NCBI RefSeq assembly: GCF_009914755.1
Contig: NC_060929.1
Direction: 5' to 3' (one strand)
Length of the DNA: 64,000 bases
From: the human T2T-CHM13v2.0 reference genome, Homo sapiens
In this document: piece after piece, positions 1 to 12,551 of the stretch
Layout: every line of letters begins with the position of its first letter
How positions within the stretch are numbered: position 1 is the first letter of the stretch
The notes under the pieces: generated by a model
Database searches by the model: none
The model's input: only the letters and a program-made list of their open reading frames with translations
What the model was told of the DNA's origin: nothing
Program-made: the position numbers and the translations under genes

Positions 1-1179
1 ATGTTTTAAAAATGTTAATTATATTTTGATTTTGTCTACTTCATTATACTTAGTGATTAGTATTTTATATAATTTGAGACTGAATAAATATTTTTCACTG
101 TAGATTGAATGCATCTTCAATAAAACATAGCCATTTGTTTCATGTAATGCTATTACATTCTATTATGTGTTTTATATTGACATTAAAATTGCTCTTTATG
201 TTAACATTTTTCCTGGTTTATTTTTGCCTATAACAAGTGATTTGTTCTTGACAAGCGGTATATGAAAGTATTTGGATAGACTTCTCAATCTTAAAAATCT
301 CATTATTGTTTATTTCATCATATATTGTTTTTTTAATATTTCTATAAGTTGATTTCTTTCTGTTTCTTTGCTTATTTCTTTGTTTTTTATTTTTGCTACA
401 TATATTTTAAAGTTTTAAAATATAAACTTCATGCTAAGAAGAACAAAAATATCAGCTAAACATGGTAGAGATGGGATGAGTTTGGAAGAACTCACCACTG
501 ATTACTTAAAATGTCCTTTTCATTACTAAGTGGTACAGTGTAGTAGAAAAGTATATCCCGGCAGAACACCACAAAGAGTTGCTTTGAAAGATAGTAGTCA
601 GGAGGAGGAACAATTTGGGCCACTCACTTGCAACCACTTTGATCCTGCTGACCAGTAGCAGCTGAAACTTCAGCCTTTTGCTTGAAGTATAAGTCCCACC
701 CTACCAAAAAGGATTATAAAGCCTATAGCTAAAAGCTTATAACATTGTGTTCTTTTGTTTTCCTCTCTGAAAGAAACTGAAATGACTTCCCACTTAAATG
801 TTTCTCTTCCCAGCCTCATGAGGCTCCCAAAGGTTTTTGCTTGACTTTTTACCTCTTACTTAGGACCTCTCCTTCCTGCTTAGCTGCTTAGCCTTTGGCC
901 TAAGACATTTTCAAATCAGAAAATGCCTTAAAGATAAAAAGCAAGAAAGAATGTCAGAATCACCTGAATATTCTTTCTTCTCTCTGGGATTTTAGCCTGT
1001 AAAACTCTAACTGCCTTATTAGACCTTTCTCCACGTTAGTTCTCAAGTTTGCCAACCCCTGCTTTAGCTCACTTGGAAATAAAGCACGAGAGAAAAGCCA
1101 AGTAAATTATGAAAAGGAAAGGCAACAAGAGCTGCACCAGCATTAGCAATTATTGAAATCTATTCTGAATCACTAGGAA

Positions 1180-2340
1180 TTAAAACAGGTAAGTGTCTTT
1201 ACAGGATAGACACATATTTAAAACTAAATGGAAAATATGGAAATAAACATAGCATATTTATAATATAATTCATAAAAATATTTAGTCATTTGGAAGCATT
1301 TTTAAAAGAACAGCAGAAATGTACCAAAATCAATATGGCAGTCTTTAAAAATATTGTTGGAATGAGAAACATTTGGGAAAAAATTTTAAACAAAGCTAGA
1401 AAAGTAATAGGATAAATATAACTGAATCTTTTTATGTTAAAAACAATTGTGTAATCAGAAAAGTCATAGAATCTAATTCCTAGAATCCATTACAATTGTT
1501 TTAATAAATTAGACAAGGACAAAGACAAATTTCAATATGAAAGAAATATAAACAAGTTAAATATTTAAACGACAATCTGGAGGAAATAATTGCAATATTC
1601 TTAGAGTCAAAAGACTAATGCCTTTAATTTTGTTTACATATAAATCCATTAGAAAAAAACCTGAAAGAAAAAGTGGGAAATATATATGTAAAAACAGAAC
1701 ACAGAAAATATTAATATTATAAATTGAAACAAAATAAAAATATAAAGTTCTCTCAAATAGGTGAAAATGCTATGCCTCACCCATAATTTGAAAAAGTTGT
1801 AAAATAAAATTATAAACTGTGAATCATACATTATACATTATATACATTATATATACATACATGCACATTATATATACATATATACATTATATACCTATCA
1901 GAGTAAAGTAACATTGGCATATTCTTGGCAATACCAAGTGCTGGCTAGGAAATAAAAAAATAGGCACTGGTATTTCTTTTGTTGTCAGTATCAACTGGAG
2001 CAAACGTTTCGGAAGCTCATTTGAATATATATTTGCCAGTTACACTAGCAATCCATGAATCTAGGTAGATGTACTACTTTGCCAAGATATAAATGGAAGG
2101 ATATTTATGGGAGCATTGTTTCAAATGTCATCAATCTGTAAACAAAAACAAATTTATCTCAATAAGGCTAATTATATTAATTATGGTAGAGTCTTAAAAT
2201 GGAATACTGTATAGCCTTTAAAGTAGATGATGTGTATCTATCTGTTGTGATATAGAAATACCTGTATAGCTAAAATGAATTGTTAATTGAAAAGTATGTG
2301 GCATAACAATAAGAATAATACTTTGTCTTTAAATAATACA
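1180..2340 (+). mobile_element. Ancient L1M (L1ME-like) ORF2 3' end/3'UTR remnant
   Basis: Degraded L1 phrases (ggcaataccaagtgctggc; ttatggtagagtcttaaaatggaatactgtatagcc); a TACAT-type simple repeat lies at ~1825-1892. Boundaries approximate. Confidence 0.6.
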
Positions 2341-3169
2341 CTCACACGCTTCTGAATGAAAAGACTGGTGAGTAGGTAAGGGATATGTAGTTTTAATTCG
2401 GTTTTGTTTTTGTTTCAGTCTATATTATTTCATTTTTACTATTAGCATCTATTTTATAAGACATACACAAGTAACTTAAAAGTATATTTAATGTAAATAT
2501 ATTTAATTTTATATTAGTGAGTAATTTTAAGCTCAGGGTAGGACTAATTGAAAGCATAAATCATTTTAGTTTCCTCAGTTCAATGGCTGACTTCTCATGA
2601 TTTATTCAGTTAGGCCTCTAAAATAAGAGAAACAGAAATGTATCAGGAAAAATATTCTTCCTTGGAAAAAATTACAAAGTCATGACATTTGCTAGCAAAT
2701 ATGTAAAGATAAAGAAAATAAACATATAGAAAATTATTGAAGATTGCTGTTTTTCTATTAGTGACATATTCTAATAATCTACCAAATATTGGATGAAAAT
2801 AAATGGAATTTGAGCTGTAAAGACTTGGGAGGAGGAAAAAGCTACACATGTTATTGATTACTAAGAAAATAGAGTGATGATCACTGACAAAGATATTGAC
2901 ATACCATAATGAAGATTATACAATTTAAGTCTTGGGACCCTGTTAGTTCTTTTTATCTCCACAGTAAAGAACATAGTCTATAACATATGAACTATAAACT
3001 ATCTGGAAAGATTCTAGCCCTTGGAAGTAGTATGATAAATATTTCAAAGTTGAGGATGAGTAACTTGAAGTAAAGTAAGAATGTTTATCAAAGTTAAGTT
3101 ATGGAAGCTTAAATGTAGCTTAAGAGTTTTCTACACATATTTTTTTTCTCTTTAAATTCTTCTTTGTAC

Positions 3170-3720
3170 TCAGTCCATCCAGGCTTTTGCCTTTACCACC
3201 ACAGGTCTTATCATGTGTGCTGCTAAATGCAAAGCCCATTTGTCAGATTTAATTACATTTAATTAAATTCTACGTATTACATACCCCTAGTTCCCCTTTT
3301 GCTTTCTGAATATTGTTTTCCTCAGTCTCCAGTGTTTATCATTCCTCATCTAGAATTCTCAAAGATGAAAGCCTCCAAAATTCAGTCCTTCTATGTATTT
3401 TCTTTTCCACTGTAGTTAAATTATCAGTCACAAAATGTTAAATATCTTTCATTCTCAGTGACTTCCAAGTCCATATTTTAGGCCAGATCTATCCACTGGG
3501 CTTCAGACTGAAATATCTGTTTTCCCTTCACCTATTTCTTTAGTTTAGTTTAGTTTTTTTTTAAGTTGGAGAAAGGAAATTTTGTCTGTTCTCAATGTTT
3601 TTCTTTAAACTTAAATCAGATAATAATTTTCAGCTCAACATGCTCAAGAATTTCCTATCACAAATAACGACTAAAATCCTTATAATTATATTCAAGGCCT
3701 TATAATTTCCTTTCATGATT
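3170..3720. mobile_element. L2 LINE fragments
   Basis: L2-like phrases (gacttccaagtccatattttaggccagatct; cagctcaacatgctcaa); highly diverged. Confidence 0.5.
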
Positions 3721-5166
3721 TATAGTAGCATAAAAGTATAAATATTTAGAGATAACAAATTTGGTATTAATGGGGGACTAAAAATCCACCAATGCAAGCA
3801 CTGAGAATTTAGAAACACATTCACATATACATGGAAACTTAACTTGCAATGGGGATAGGTAGGCTGGTGTTTTTAAAAAACAAAACAAAACAATTTTAGT
3901 AAAATTAGTAATCCATGAGGGAAAAAAATAAGATAAAATTGGACCACCACTACACTCACATATACACACACCTACACATACCACAAATTACTAGTACATT
4001 AAGTATGAAAGATAGAATTATAAATATTTTAATATATTACAATAGAGAATCTTCAATAACTGTAAAGGAAACTTTAGCTACATCAAAATGAAGATAATTT
4101 GTTTTCAAAACACACTGCAAAAAGATACGTAAAGATAAAGAAAGTGATAATGTAATAATCCACTGATACATACAAACTATTCTAAAACTGTCATTTAGAA
4201 AAATAAAGATATACTACTTTTTGTATTCTGTGGGTTAACTGGCTTCAACTGGGAAATTCTGTTCTAAGTAGAGTAGCTAAACTCTCATATGCACGTTGAT
4301 TAAGTTGGAAGCCTGACCTGATAGGACATCCTAGATGGCTAATTGTCCTCTCGAATCTCTCCCTGCATGGTCTCTTATCATTTTCATTATTTTACATCCA
4401 GCTTCTTTACAGCATGGCAGCTTATGTACAAGAGAGAACACTGCAAGAAGTTAAGCTCCAACGTGCAAGTGTTTGTCAAGTTTCCGCATGATAATATCCC
4501 ACTGGCCAAAGTAAGAAGGCAGGCTAAACTTTAAGACAATATAAAAGGGGATTTTAAAAGGGTGGGCGAGGCACATCTTGTTGGAAGCCAAAATGTAATA
4601 AGTCTATTCCACTCCACCCTCTGACTTCCAATGATTCACACAACTTCCACGTGCAAACTATACTCACTGCCACCCAACATCTTTGAGTGTCTCATTCCAT
4701 TGTAACATCAGATATAGTCTTGAATCTAGAATGTCATTATCTACCTCAGTTGCAGGTGGTGATGAGTTTTTGTATGGAATTCCTCAAGTGCAGTTCCCTC
4801 CATCTTGTTCTGCAGATGCAGAAGTCTTTAGATGGAAAAAAGAAAAAAAACAATCTGGCTTTCGCATTCCCATCATAAAATGCTGCATCCAAGATAGAAC
4901 AAACACAAATGACACTACCATTTACAAAGAAGTCACGTGTTCATAGCAATTCCAAAATCTAGCTAGGTTCTGGTCGCTGGCCTCTTGGTTCTGGCCTCAA
5001 ATCATCTTTCTTTTTCCACAGGAAATTATTCATCTTTGCTACTATCTTTCTCATTCTCTTTCCTGCATTTAGAAATTTGGACATACAGAGAATTATTTAC
5101 ATTTTGAACTTTCATGTTCCCTTTTAGTCCAAGGTATGATAACTCCTTTAAAAACTTTGTATTACT

Positions 5167-5572
5167 ATAGTAAATTTAAATAGATAACAGGCCTGAAGAA
5201 TCTTTGAGCAGACAAAGTCAGTTAAGTGACCTTAACCTTGCTTGATTTGCAAACTTAAGTGAAACTTAACTTGAGGTATTTATTCTAAATGCCTATATTA
5301 GAGAAAAATAAAATTTAAGGCTAAACAATCAGAAGCCACCAACTAACTTGTATAAATAGAGACTTTCAAAAAGGCTAGACCAAGTGAGGCAACTGTGTAA
5401 CTGTAACCAGTGAAATATTTTCTTTGCTTTACTTGTGCATTCAAAGCCTTTCCCTTTTGCATTTCCTTACTGTAGCCTGAAACCATCTTCACTTTGGTGC
5501 TTTCAGATTCATGAATTGCTGTTTGCTCAAATAAATTATAAAATTTTACTTTGCCTCAGTTTAGCTTTTAAT
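5167..5572 (+). mobile_element. ERV1 solo LTR, MER72/MER34-like, nested in the MLT1 internal region
   Basis: aggcctgaagaatctttgagcagacaaag... and 3' end attcatgaattgctgtttgctcaaataaa...gcctcagtttagcttttaata, typical of MER4-group LTRs. Confidence 0.65.
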
Positions 5573-5940
5573 AGTATTAAATGATAATCTACTACATTAG
5601 ACAAAAATCACACCCACAAATTCACTTGAGCCTTTCTCTACTTTGGGTAGCGAATTAGGGTGCTGTTAATACATTACCATTAAGTTCTTTAGAAGCACCT
5701 TTTTTTTTGGAGAGATGTATTCAAGTGTTTTACAGCTGCACTATTGACTTGACTTCATCTCTGAGGCCATGTTTTATTGGCAGCGCCATGGATTTTATCA
5801 TAGCCTTGAGATTATTTCTTACTTTGAGATTATTTTGTTGGCTGAGGAGAGAATGAGAAATATTTATATTTTCCAATCCAGCAAGTCCAAGGTTGGACAT
5901 TATTTCCTTTAATCTGGCTAGAAAACTGAAAAGTTGATTA

Positions 5941-6004
5941 TTAAGTTGGTGCAAAGGTAATTGCAGTTTTTGCCACTGAAAGTAATGCACTTGTACCAAC
6001 CTAA
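5941..6004. mobile_element. MADE1 (Hsmar1-derived MITE), internally deleted
   Basis: TIRs ttaagttggtgcaaa...ttgtaccaacctaa, flanked by TA at 5939-5940 and 6005-6006. Confidence 0.85.
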
Positions 6005-6110
6005 TAGTTCATCTCTTTCTTGCAATGTCTTATGACAAGTGACTAAAGTAACCAATTAGCATTTTAAACATTGTTCCTAGAAATCTTAGCTCTATTCACA
6101 AGTTTTTTAG

Positions 6111-6443
<333 letters not shown>

Positions 6444-8159
6444 CAATATCCAACAAGAGTTCTCTTTTCTCTAGCCTCCTGTAGCAATTTCCTCACTGAC
6501 TTTCCCATTTCCAATAATAGGCTGCTTGCCACTCTTTAGGCCTCCTACCAGCTGGCCACAAACAAATGAAACATGTTTTAGTTTTATGTTATCTCAGTTA
6601 ATAATTTATGTTTCAGTTATTTATTTCATAACTATCCTAAAATGTAGTGGCCTAAAATAAGAATGTATTATTTTTCATAATTTTGAATGTTCTGTGCTCA
6701 GTTGGACAAGCCTTTTGTGCCAAGTGATATAGTCAAGGTCACAAAGTCACGAGGATTAGTGCCAAGGTCACTAATTCAGCTATATTCATTTTGAAGCCCA
6801 GCCTGGTTTGGAATAATACAGATATCTCTCATTCTCCAAATTCTTTCTACATATGATCTTTTATCATTCAGCAGTCTAGCTTAAACTTCTTTACAGTATG
6901 TTTTCTGCAATTAACAGGGAAATTTCCAAGAGGTTCAGGCCTTTGGAACGCATAATATATGCCATATCATCCTTGTTAATGACCAATGGGCCAAGGAAAT
7001 GTACATGGCCAAACGTAGAAACAATGTGTGATGATACTACAGATGGCTAGAGTACCAGAAAGTATGGTCCAATGGGTATCACTAATGTAATTGTTTACCA
7101 CATTTGGTAAAGATATATACTAAACATGTAACAAAGGATATGCATCCAAAATAAATAACATATCCAAATGTTCAAATTCAGGGTAATGGTTACCTTACAT
7201 CATGGGGAGGAAGAAGGAAGCTCTCGGGGGTTTCTTGATCCCTAGGATATTCTATTTATTGGCCTGGGTAAGAGTACACAATTTTGTAAATGAATGCTCA
7301 GTATATCTATACTCATTTTTATGTGAGCTTTTTTGTATGTTCTATACTTCATAGGGAAACAAATAAAAATTGTTAAAAATGATAAATATCCAAGACAAGT
7401 CAATTTCATTATGTACATAATTGCTCATACTGGAAATCAAAACTAAATAGAACACACACAAGAATGAAAAAGAGAAATACTAGTTGAAAAAAAGACTTGA
7501 TATATTTTCAAAAAATTATCATTGACCAGAAAAAAACCTTATAAACATTAGTATAATGAAGTTAAAGTTACAGAACTTAAAGGAGATAGAAGATTCATAA
7601 ACATTTTGATGGGAAAAAAAGATGATTCAAAAGAGGCAAACTTATTATTTACCCTCTATAGTAATATTCAAAGGCTATAACATAAATTCTAAGGTAAAAA
7701 ATTATAATATTTTGATTAAAAAACAATATAAATCAAAAATTTCATTTCCAAGATCTTCAACTTATTACAGCATAAATACATAAGATAAATATATAAATAG
7801 TTGAATGAATAGATAGATAGATAGATGGAAACTTAATTAAATTTAGCCATTTAAGATTTGATTAAAAGCAAAGAGGAAAGAGGAAAGCAAACTAAAAGAA
7901 CATTTGTGATCATAGAACCAATTCAAATGACTAAGAATAAACACAATAAGAATTTTTTGATTATACAAAATATATTTTATTGCTGCATAGTAAATTTATT
8001 TAAGGAGATGCAGGAGCAATAATGTTAAGGTAGAAATGTAAATCTGCTAATTTCCTCTCTTTTTTAACAATGTTAAAAGCTACTTAATATCATAAGCATT
8101 CTAATTTTTATAATTTCACATAATTTTAGGCTTTCATTATAACTTTTCCTGCTTTAGAG

Positions 8160-8315
8160 CAAAGGTTCTCAACTCTGGCTTCGCATTAGAATCACATTTA
8201 ACTCTCTTGATAAGCCAGTCACACCCTCCTACACCAATTAAATCAGGACCTATGCAGGATGAGACTCAGAGATCAGTACTTAGAATACTCTCTGGTGATC
8301 CATTGCACGGCCGCA
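8160..8315. mobile_element. MER5A-like hAT-Charlie MITE
   Basis: ggttctcaactctggc...cattagaatcac...ccaattaaatcag...ctggtgatcc motif order. Confidence 0.65.
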
Positions 8316-8520
8316 GAGCCTTGGGTACATGTTTTCTAAATTTAAATGGATTTTACTAATTTATAGTGTTTCTATATCTTGAGGTGAAACAAGAATATTC
8401 TAAAATTTATTAATTTATCAATTTTTAGCTTCATTTTCTTGAGAAGAAATAGCATTTTAATAACTTTTACTAAAAATACTTTTTAAACAATCAGTATTCT
8501 GTTTATATTTCTTTACTAGG

Positions 8521-8562
<42 letters not shown>

Positions 8563-8571
8563 ATCTATCTA
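8521..8571. repeat. (TCTA)10 TCA (TCTA)2 tetranucleotide STR
   Basis: Directly visible. Confidence 0.95.
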
Positions 8572-9506
8572 CCACCTATCAAGGTAGGTAACTAGCTATC
8601 TATACCTTTATATCTTTTTATGTGCTCTATAATGTAAATAAATTTGGCAAAGACTATTTCCAAGTGCTAGAATTTTGGTGTGGATTTTCAACTTTTTTCT
8701 GTGCTTTTCTCCAATACTTGACGTTTCATAATACAAATGTTATATTTTCACAAAAAATTTAATTTTTACTTTATGTTTTATTTTCAACTGGTATTGAATG
8801 AATTACATATTGTATTTTGTTAGATAATTGGTCATATTTAAATTTATAGTTACAGTTATTCTTTGAAAGATTAAATATTTATTAATGACTGAAAGTATAC
8901 TTTTATTATAAGTATCTTGACAATAAAATATCTATTTGTCTACAGTTTGGTGGCTTGTTTTTATGGGCTTGGAACTAGAGCAAGGCAATGGATGTTTGCA
9001 GTTTAATTTTGACATTTCACAGCTTGAATTGGTAAAAATATATGCCTCTGTGATGTGATAGCTAAATGGGTATACATCAGGACTAAAAGAAGGAAATGAA
9101 TATCCATAATTAAATTTTTATATGTTATAGCTTGCGGTAGTGAAATAAATATCTGTCAATGACATGGATGTTAAATGGTTATGTGTCAGCATCTAGAGTA
9201 CAGAAATTAATATCCTCAATTAAATGTCTATTTGTTATGTAAAATTTTGATGCAGACATTCTTCATGACTTAAATTCCTTCAAGAGTTTTTCTAATCTTC
9301 ACAAAAATAAGATGTCTACATTTGCCCTCTTTTGAAAACATGGTGAGGGCAGAGAACGAAGGAATTTAATTTACAGAATGTCTGCATTTTTAAGCAATAA
9401 ATGACCCATAAGTCACTTTATATCTTCATGATCTCAATTTCCTAATATATTAAAAAGTTAAACCTCTTTTTCTCCTCTCATTTTCTAGCCCTCCTTATTA
9501 ATTATC

Positions 9507-9867
9507 TGAATTAGTATGTTTTTGCACTGCTATAAAGAAATACCCAAGACTAGGTACTTTATAAAGGAAAGAGATTTAAGTGACTCACAGTTGTGCATGG
9601 CTGGGGAGGCATCAGGAAACTTGTAATCATGGCCTAAGGGGAAGTAGGCACCTTCTTCACAAGGCAGCAGGAAAGAATGAGTGTGGAAACTAGGAAGTGC
9701 CACACTAAAACCATCAGTTCTCATGAGAACTCACTCACTATCATGAGAACAGCATGGGGGAAACTGCCTCCATGATCCAATCACCTCCCACCTGGTCCTT
9801 CCCTCGACATGTGGGGATTACAACTCTAGATGAGATTTGGGTGGGGACATAGAGCCAAACCATATCA
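9507..9867 (-). mobile_element. THE1D/MSTA-type MaLR solo LTR
   Basis: tg...ca termini; ends gagatttgggtggggacatagagccaaaccatatca; near-TSD ttatc/tcatc. Confidence 0.9.
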
Positions 9868-11499
9868 TCATCCTTGACCACCTTCACTTCATTCAAAGTT
9901 AATAGGTAAAGAAAAAGCCACATATAACCATAAAATTAAGAATTATATGCAACAAAATTAATCAAGTTACAATGAGAAAAAAACTGTTTTGTTATTTCAG
10001 TATATTACATACAAGATTTTCTGTATAGTGTCAATGCTGTGAAAAAAGATTTAAAATATTTCTTCTATAGAGAAATGTTATTCATATGTTCAAATACTTT
10101 TTAGGATTAGAGAGAACTCCATCCTCCAAACATCTTTGACTAGTGGATATTACATACAGCATTATCACAGGGTTACAATTCTGGAATTCATTTGAAGACA
10201 CTACTAAATAGTCTTTTAAAATAAGATCTGTTCTGGTAAGCAATAATATAATCAATAATAGGTTAAAAGTTTTCTGGAAATTCTGTCGAGGTAATGATTA
10301 TTAATTATGAAAAATAAGTCAATTGTTTATACACTGTTAAGATTAGATATAACAAAAATAACACCGGAAATAATGAAATTTAATTATCTGTTGATTCTGT
10401 ATAGGAAATGCAAACTCTTAATCACATATTCATTATAAACTATTATTTCTTGTCATGTAACTTTCACATTAGAATAAATGTATGCATATAATTATCAGTA
10501 TACAGATATGCAAACACACATGAATACATGTGCATGGTATCAATTTGTTACATGTTTGTCTTGTTAACTTAGGAAAATCAGCATTTGTAAATTCTAGTTT
10601 CCATTCCCCAAATCACTTTTCTCTCAAGATTTCCTCATTTTGATGACAAATCAAGCTGTTACACTGTACTTTCATCAGAGAATGTCTGCACATGTATCCT
10701 GGCAACCACATGCTGCAGTTGCTTTGAATTCTTGAAGCACATGATGAGAAGGAAATTGTTAAGGCCAAAAACCAAGTTTTAAGGAAAAAAATTACCATAG
10801 AAAATAAAATGTTTCTAAGTTGTTTTTGAATGAGTAGAACTTCTACCAGCTGAATTATTAAATTCCTACTTTTAAAGACATTTGCTTTTACTACCTAAAG
10901 AAGATGGTCAGACTATAAAAATGTGTTTTGGTTCTATGACAATACTATGTAGAACAAGGCCCAAATGTGAACACTTAAATTCATTAACTGAATATTTATT
11001 TTATTACAGCTAGAGCAGTTTTTCAATTTTCATGATTTCTATGCCAAAACATATCTGAACACTATGCAAATATGAAATAGTCTGAACACTTCAGCTAGTT
11101 TGCATGTACTGAGAATTCTAGAAATTCTGCACATATTGTCCTTACAGTAATTGTATCATAACTACAATATTGACAGTTATGATTACATAATTATCCTAAG
11201 CATACCACTCTGGAGAGACTGATCTCACAATTGCATCAATGATGATGAAAAACTATCCTGACCCAAGCATCGTAAAATCTGTACACCTTCCCTGATTTGC
11301 TGGCTACAAGCTGAGAGAGGATCAGTAGGAGACATGTAAAAGCCTTCAATGAATCATGCTCTATTTTGAGTCTATTTAAAAGACTAAGACACATTCCCCA
11401 AAATTCAACTAGACACATTTTTATGTAATCACTCCAGCCTGTGAACATGCACACATATAGTGATCACATGAATATCATAAGTGTTCATTAATATTTGGA

Positions 11500-11755
11500 A
11501 AAAAATGGCTTTCAATGTATCAGAAAACAAGCATTAAAACATCTTAAAAAATAGGAAAGAGCAGAGTAAAATTTAAAACATGAGAAAGGGGAAAGTAAGG
11601 ATATAAATCAATAAAATAAAAAACTACAAATCAGTAGTGAAGATTAAAAAACTAAAATCTAGTTGAAAAAAAGATTGTTCAATATTTAGTGTTGTTTTTA
11701 GAAGACTGATGAAAAATTATAAAACCAAAAAAAAAGATAAAATTACAAGTACAAT
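11500..11755 (+). mobile_element. L1M ORF2 fragment
   Basis: A-rich, L1-like (aaaactaaaatctagttgaaaaaaagatt); interrupted by the LTR at 11756. Confidence 0.45.
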
Positions 11756-12538
11756 TGAGGTAGGAGGTGGCATACCGGACCAGATTGAAGTCTAGCTAAA
11801 ATAGGAAAGAGGCAAAAGCACCTTACCATAAGACACACCCACCAGTGTGCCACTTCAGTTTACCATTGCCATAATAAAACCCAAAAGTTACCACCACTCT
11901 CTATGGCAACGACCGGATGACCCAGAGATTACGACCTTTTTCTTAGAAAGTTCTACATAATCAGCCACTTAATTTGCATAAAATTAAAAGTGGGTATAAA
12001 TATGACTGCAGAACTACCTGCTGCTACTCTGGGCACACTGCCTACGGGGTAGCCCAACTCCACAAGGTGCAGTACCTCTGATGGTGCTGTACCCTCCCTC
12101 TTCAATAAAAATTGCTGTCTAACACATCAGTTCACCCTTGAATTATTTCTTGGGTGATACGGTTTGGCTCTGTGTCCAAATCTCATCTTGTAGCTGCCAT
12201 AATTCCCATATGTTGTGGGAGGGACCTGGTGGCAGATGACTGAATCATGGGGGCAGGTGTTTCCCATACTGTCCTCATGATAGTGATTGGGTCTCACGAG
12301 ATCTGATGGTTTTAAAGACAGTAGTTTATCTGCAAAAGCTCTTATTTTTTGCCTGCTTCCACCCACATAAGATGTGACTTGCTCCTTCTTGCCTTCCACC
12401 ATGATTGTGAAGACTCCCCAGCCATGTGGAATTGTAAGTTCAATAAACCCTTTTCTTTTGTAAATTGCCCAGTCTTAGGTATGTCTTTATCAGCAGCCTG
12501 AGCTAAGCCCCAATTTGAGGCTCTCTTGCCCTGTATCA
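11756..12538 (+). mobile_element. 5' LTR of an ERV1 provirus (MER66-like), split by a THE1 LTR
   Basis: Starts tgaggtaggagg, ends gccctgtatca, followed by PBS-like tctggtgac; ATTTGCAT at 11972-11979, TATAAA at 11995-12000, AATAAA at 12104-12109. Confidence 0.8.
12155..12497 (+). mobile_element. THE1B-like solo LTR lacking its last ~20 nt
   Basis: tgatacggtttggctctgtgtc...cccagtcttaggtatgtctttatcagcagc, then directly back into the host LTR. Confidence 0.9.
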
Positions 12539-12551
12539 TCTGGTGACTGAT

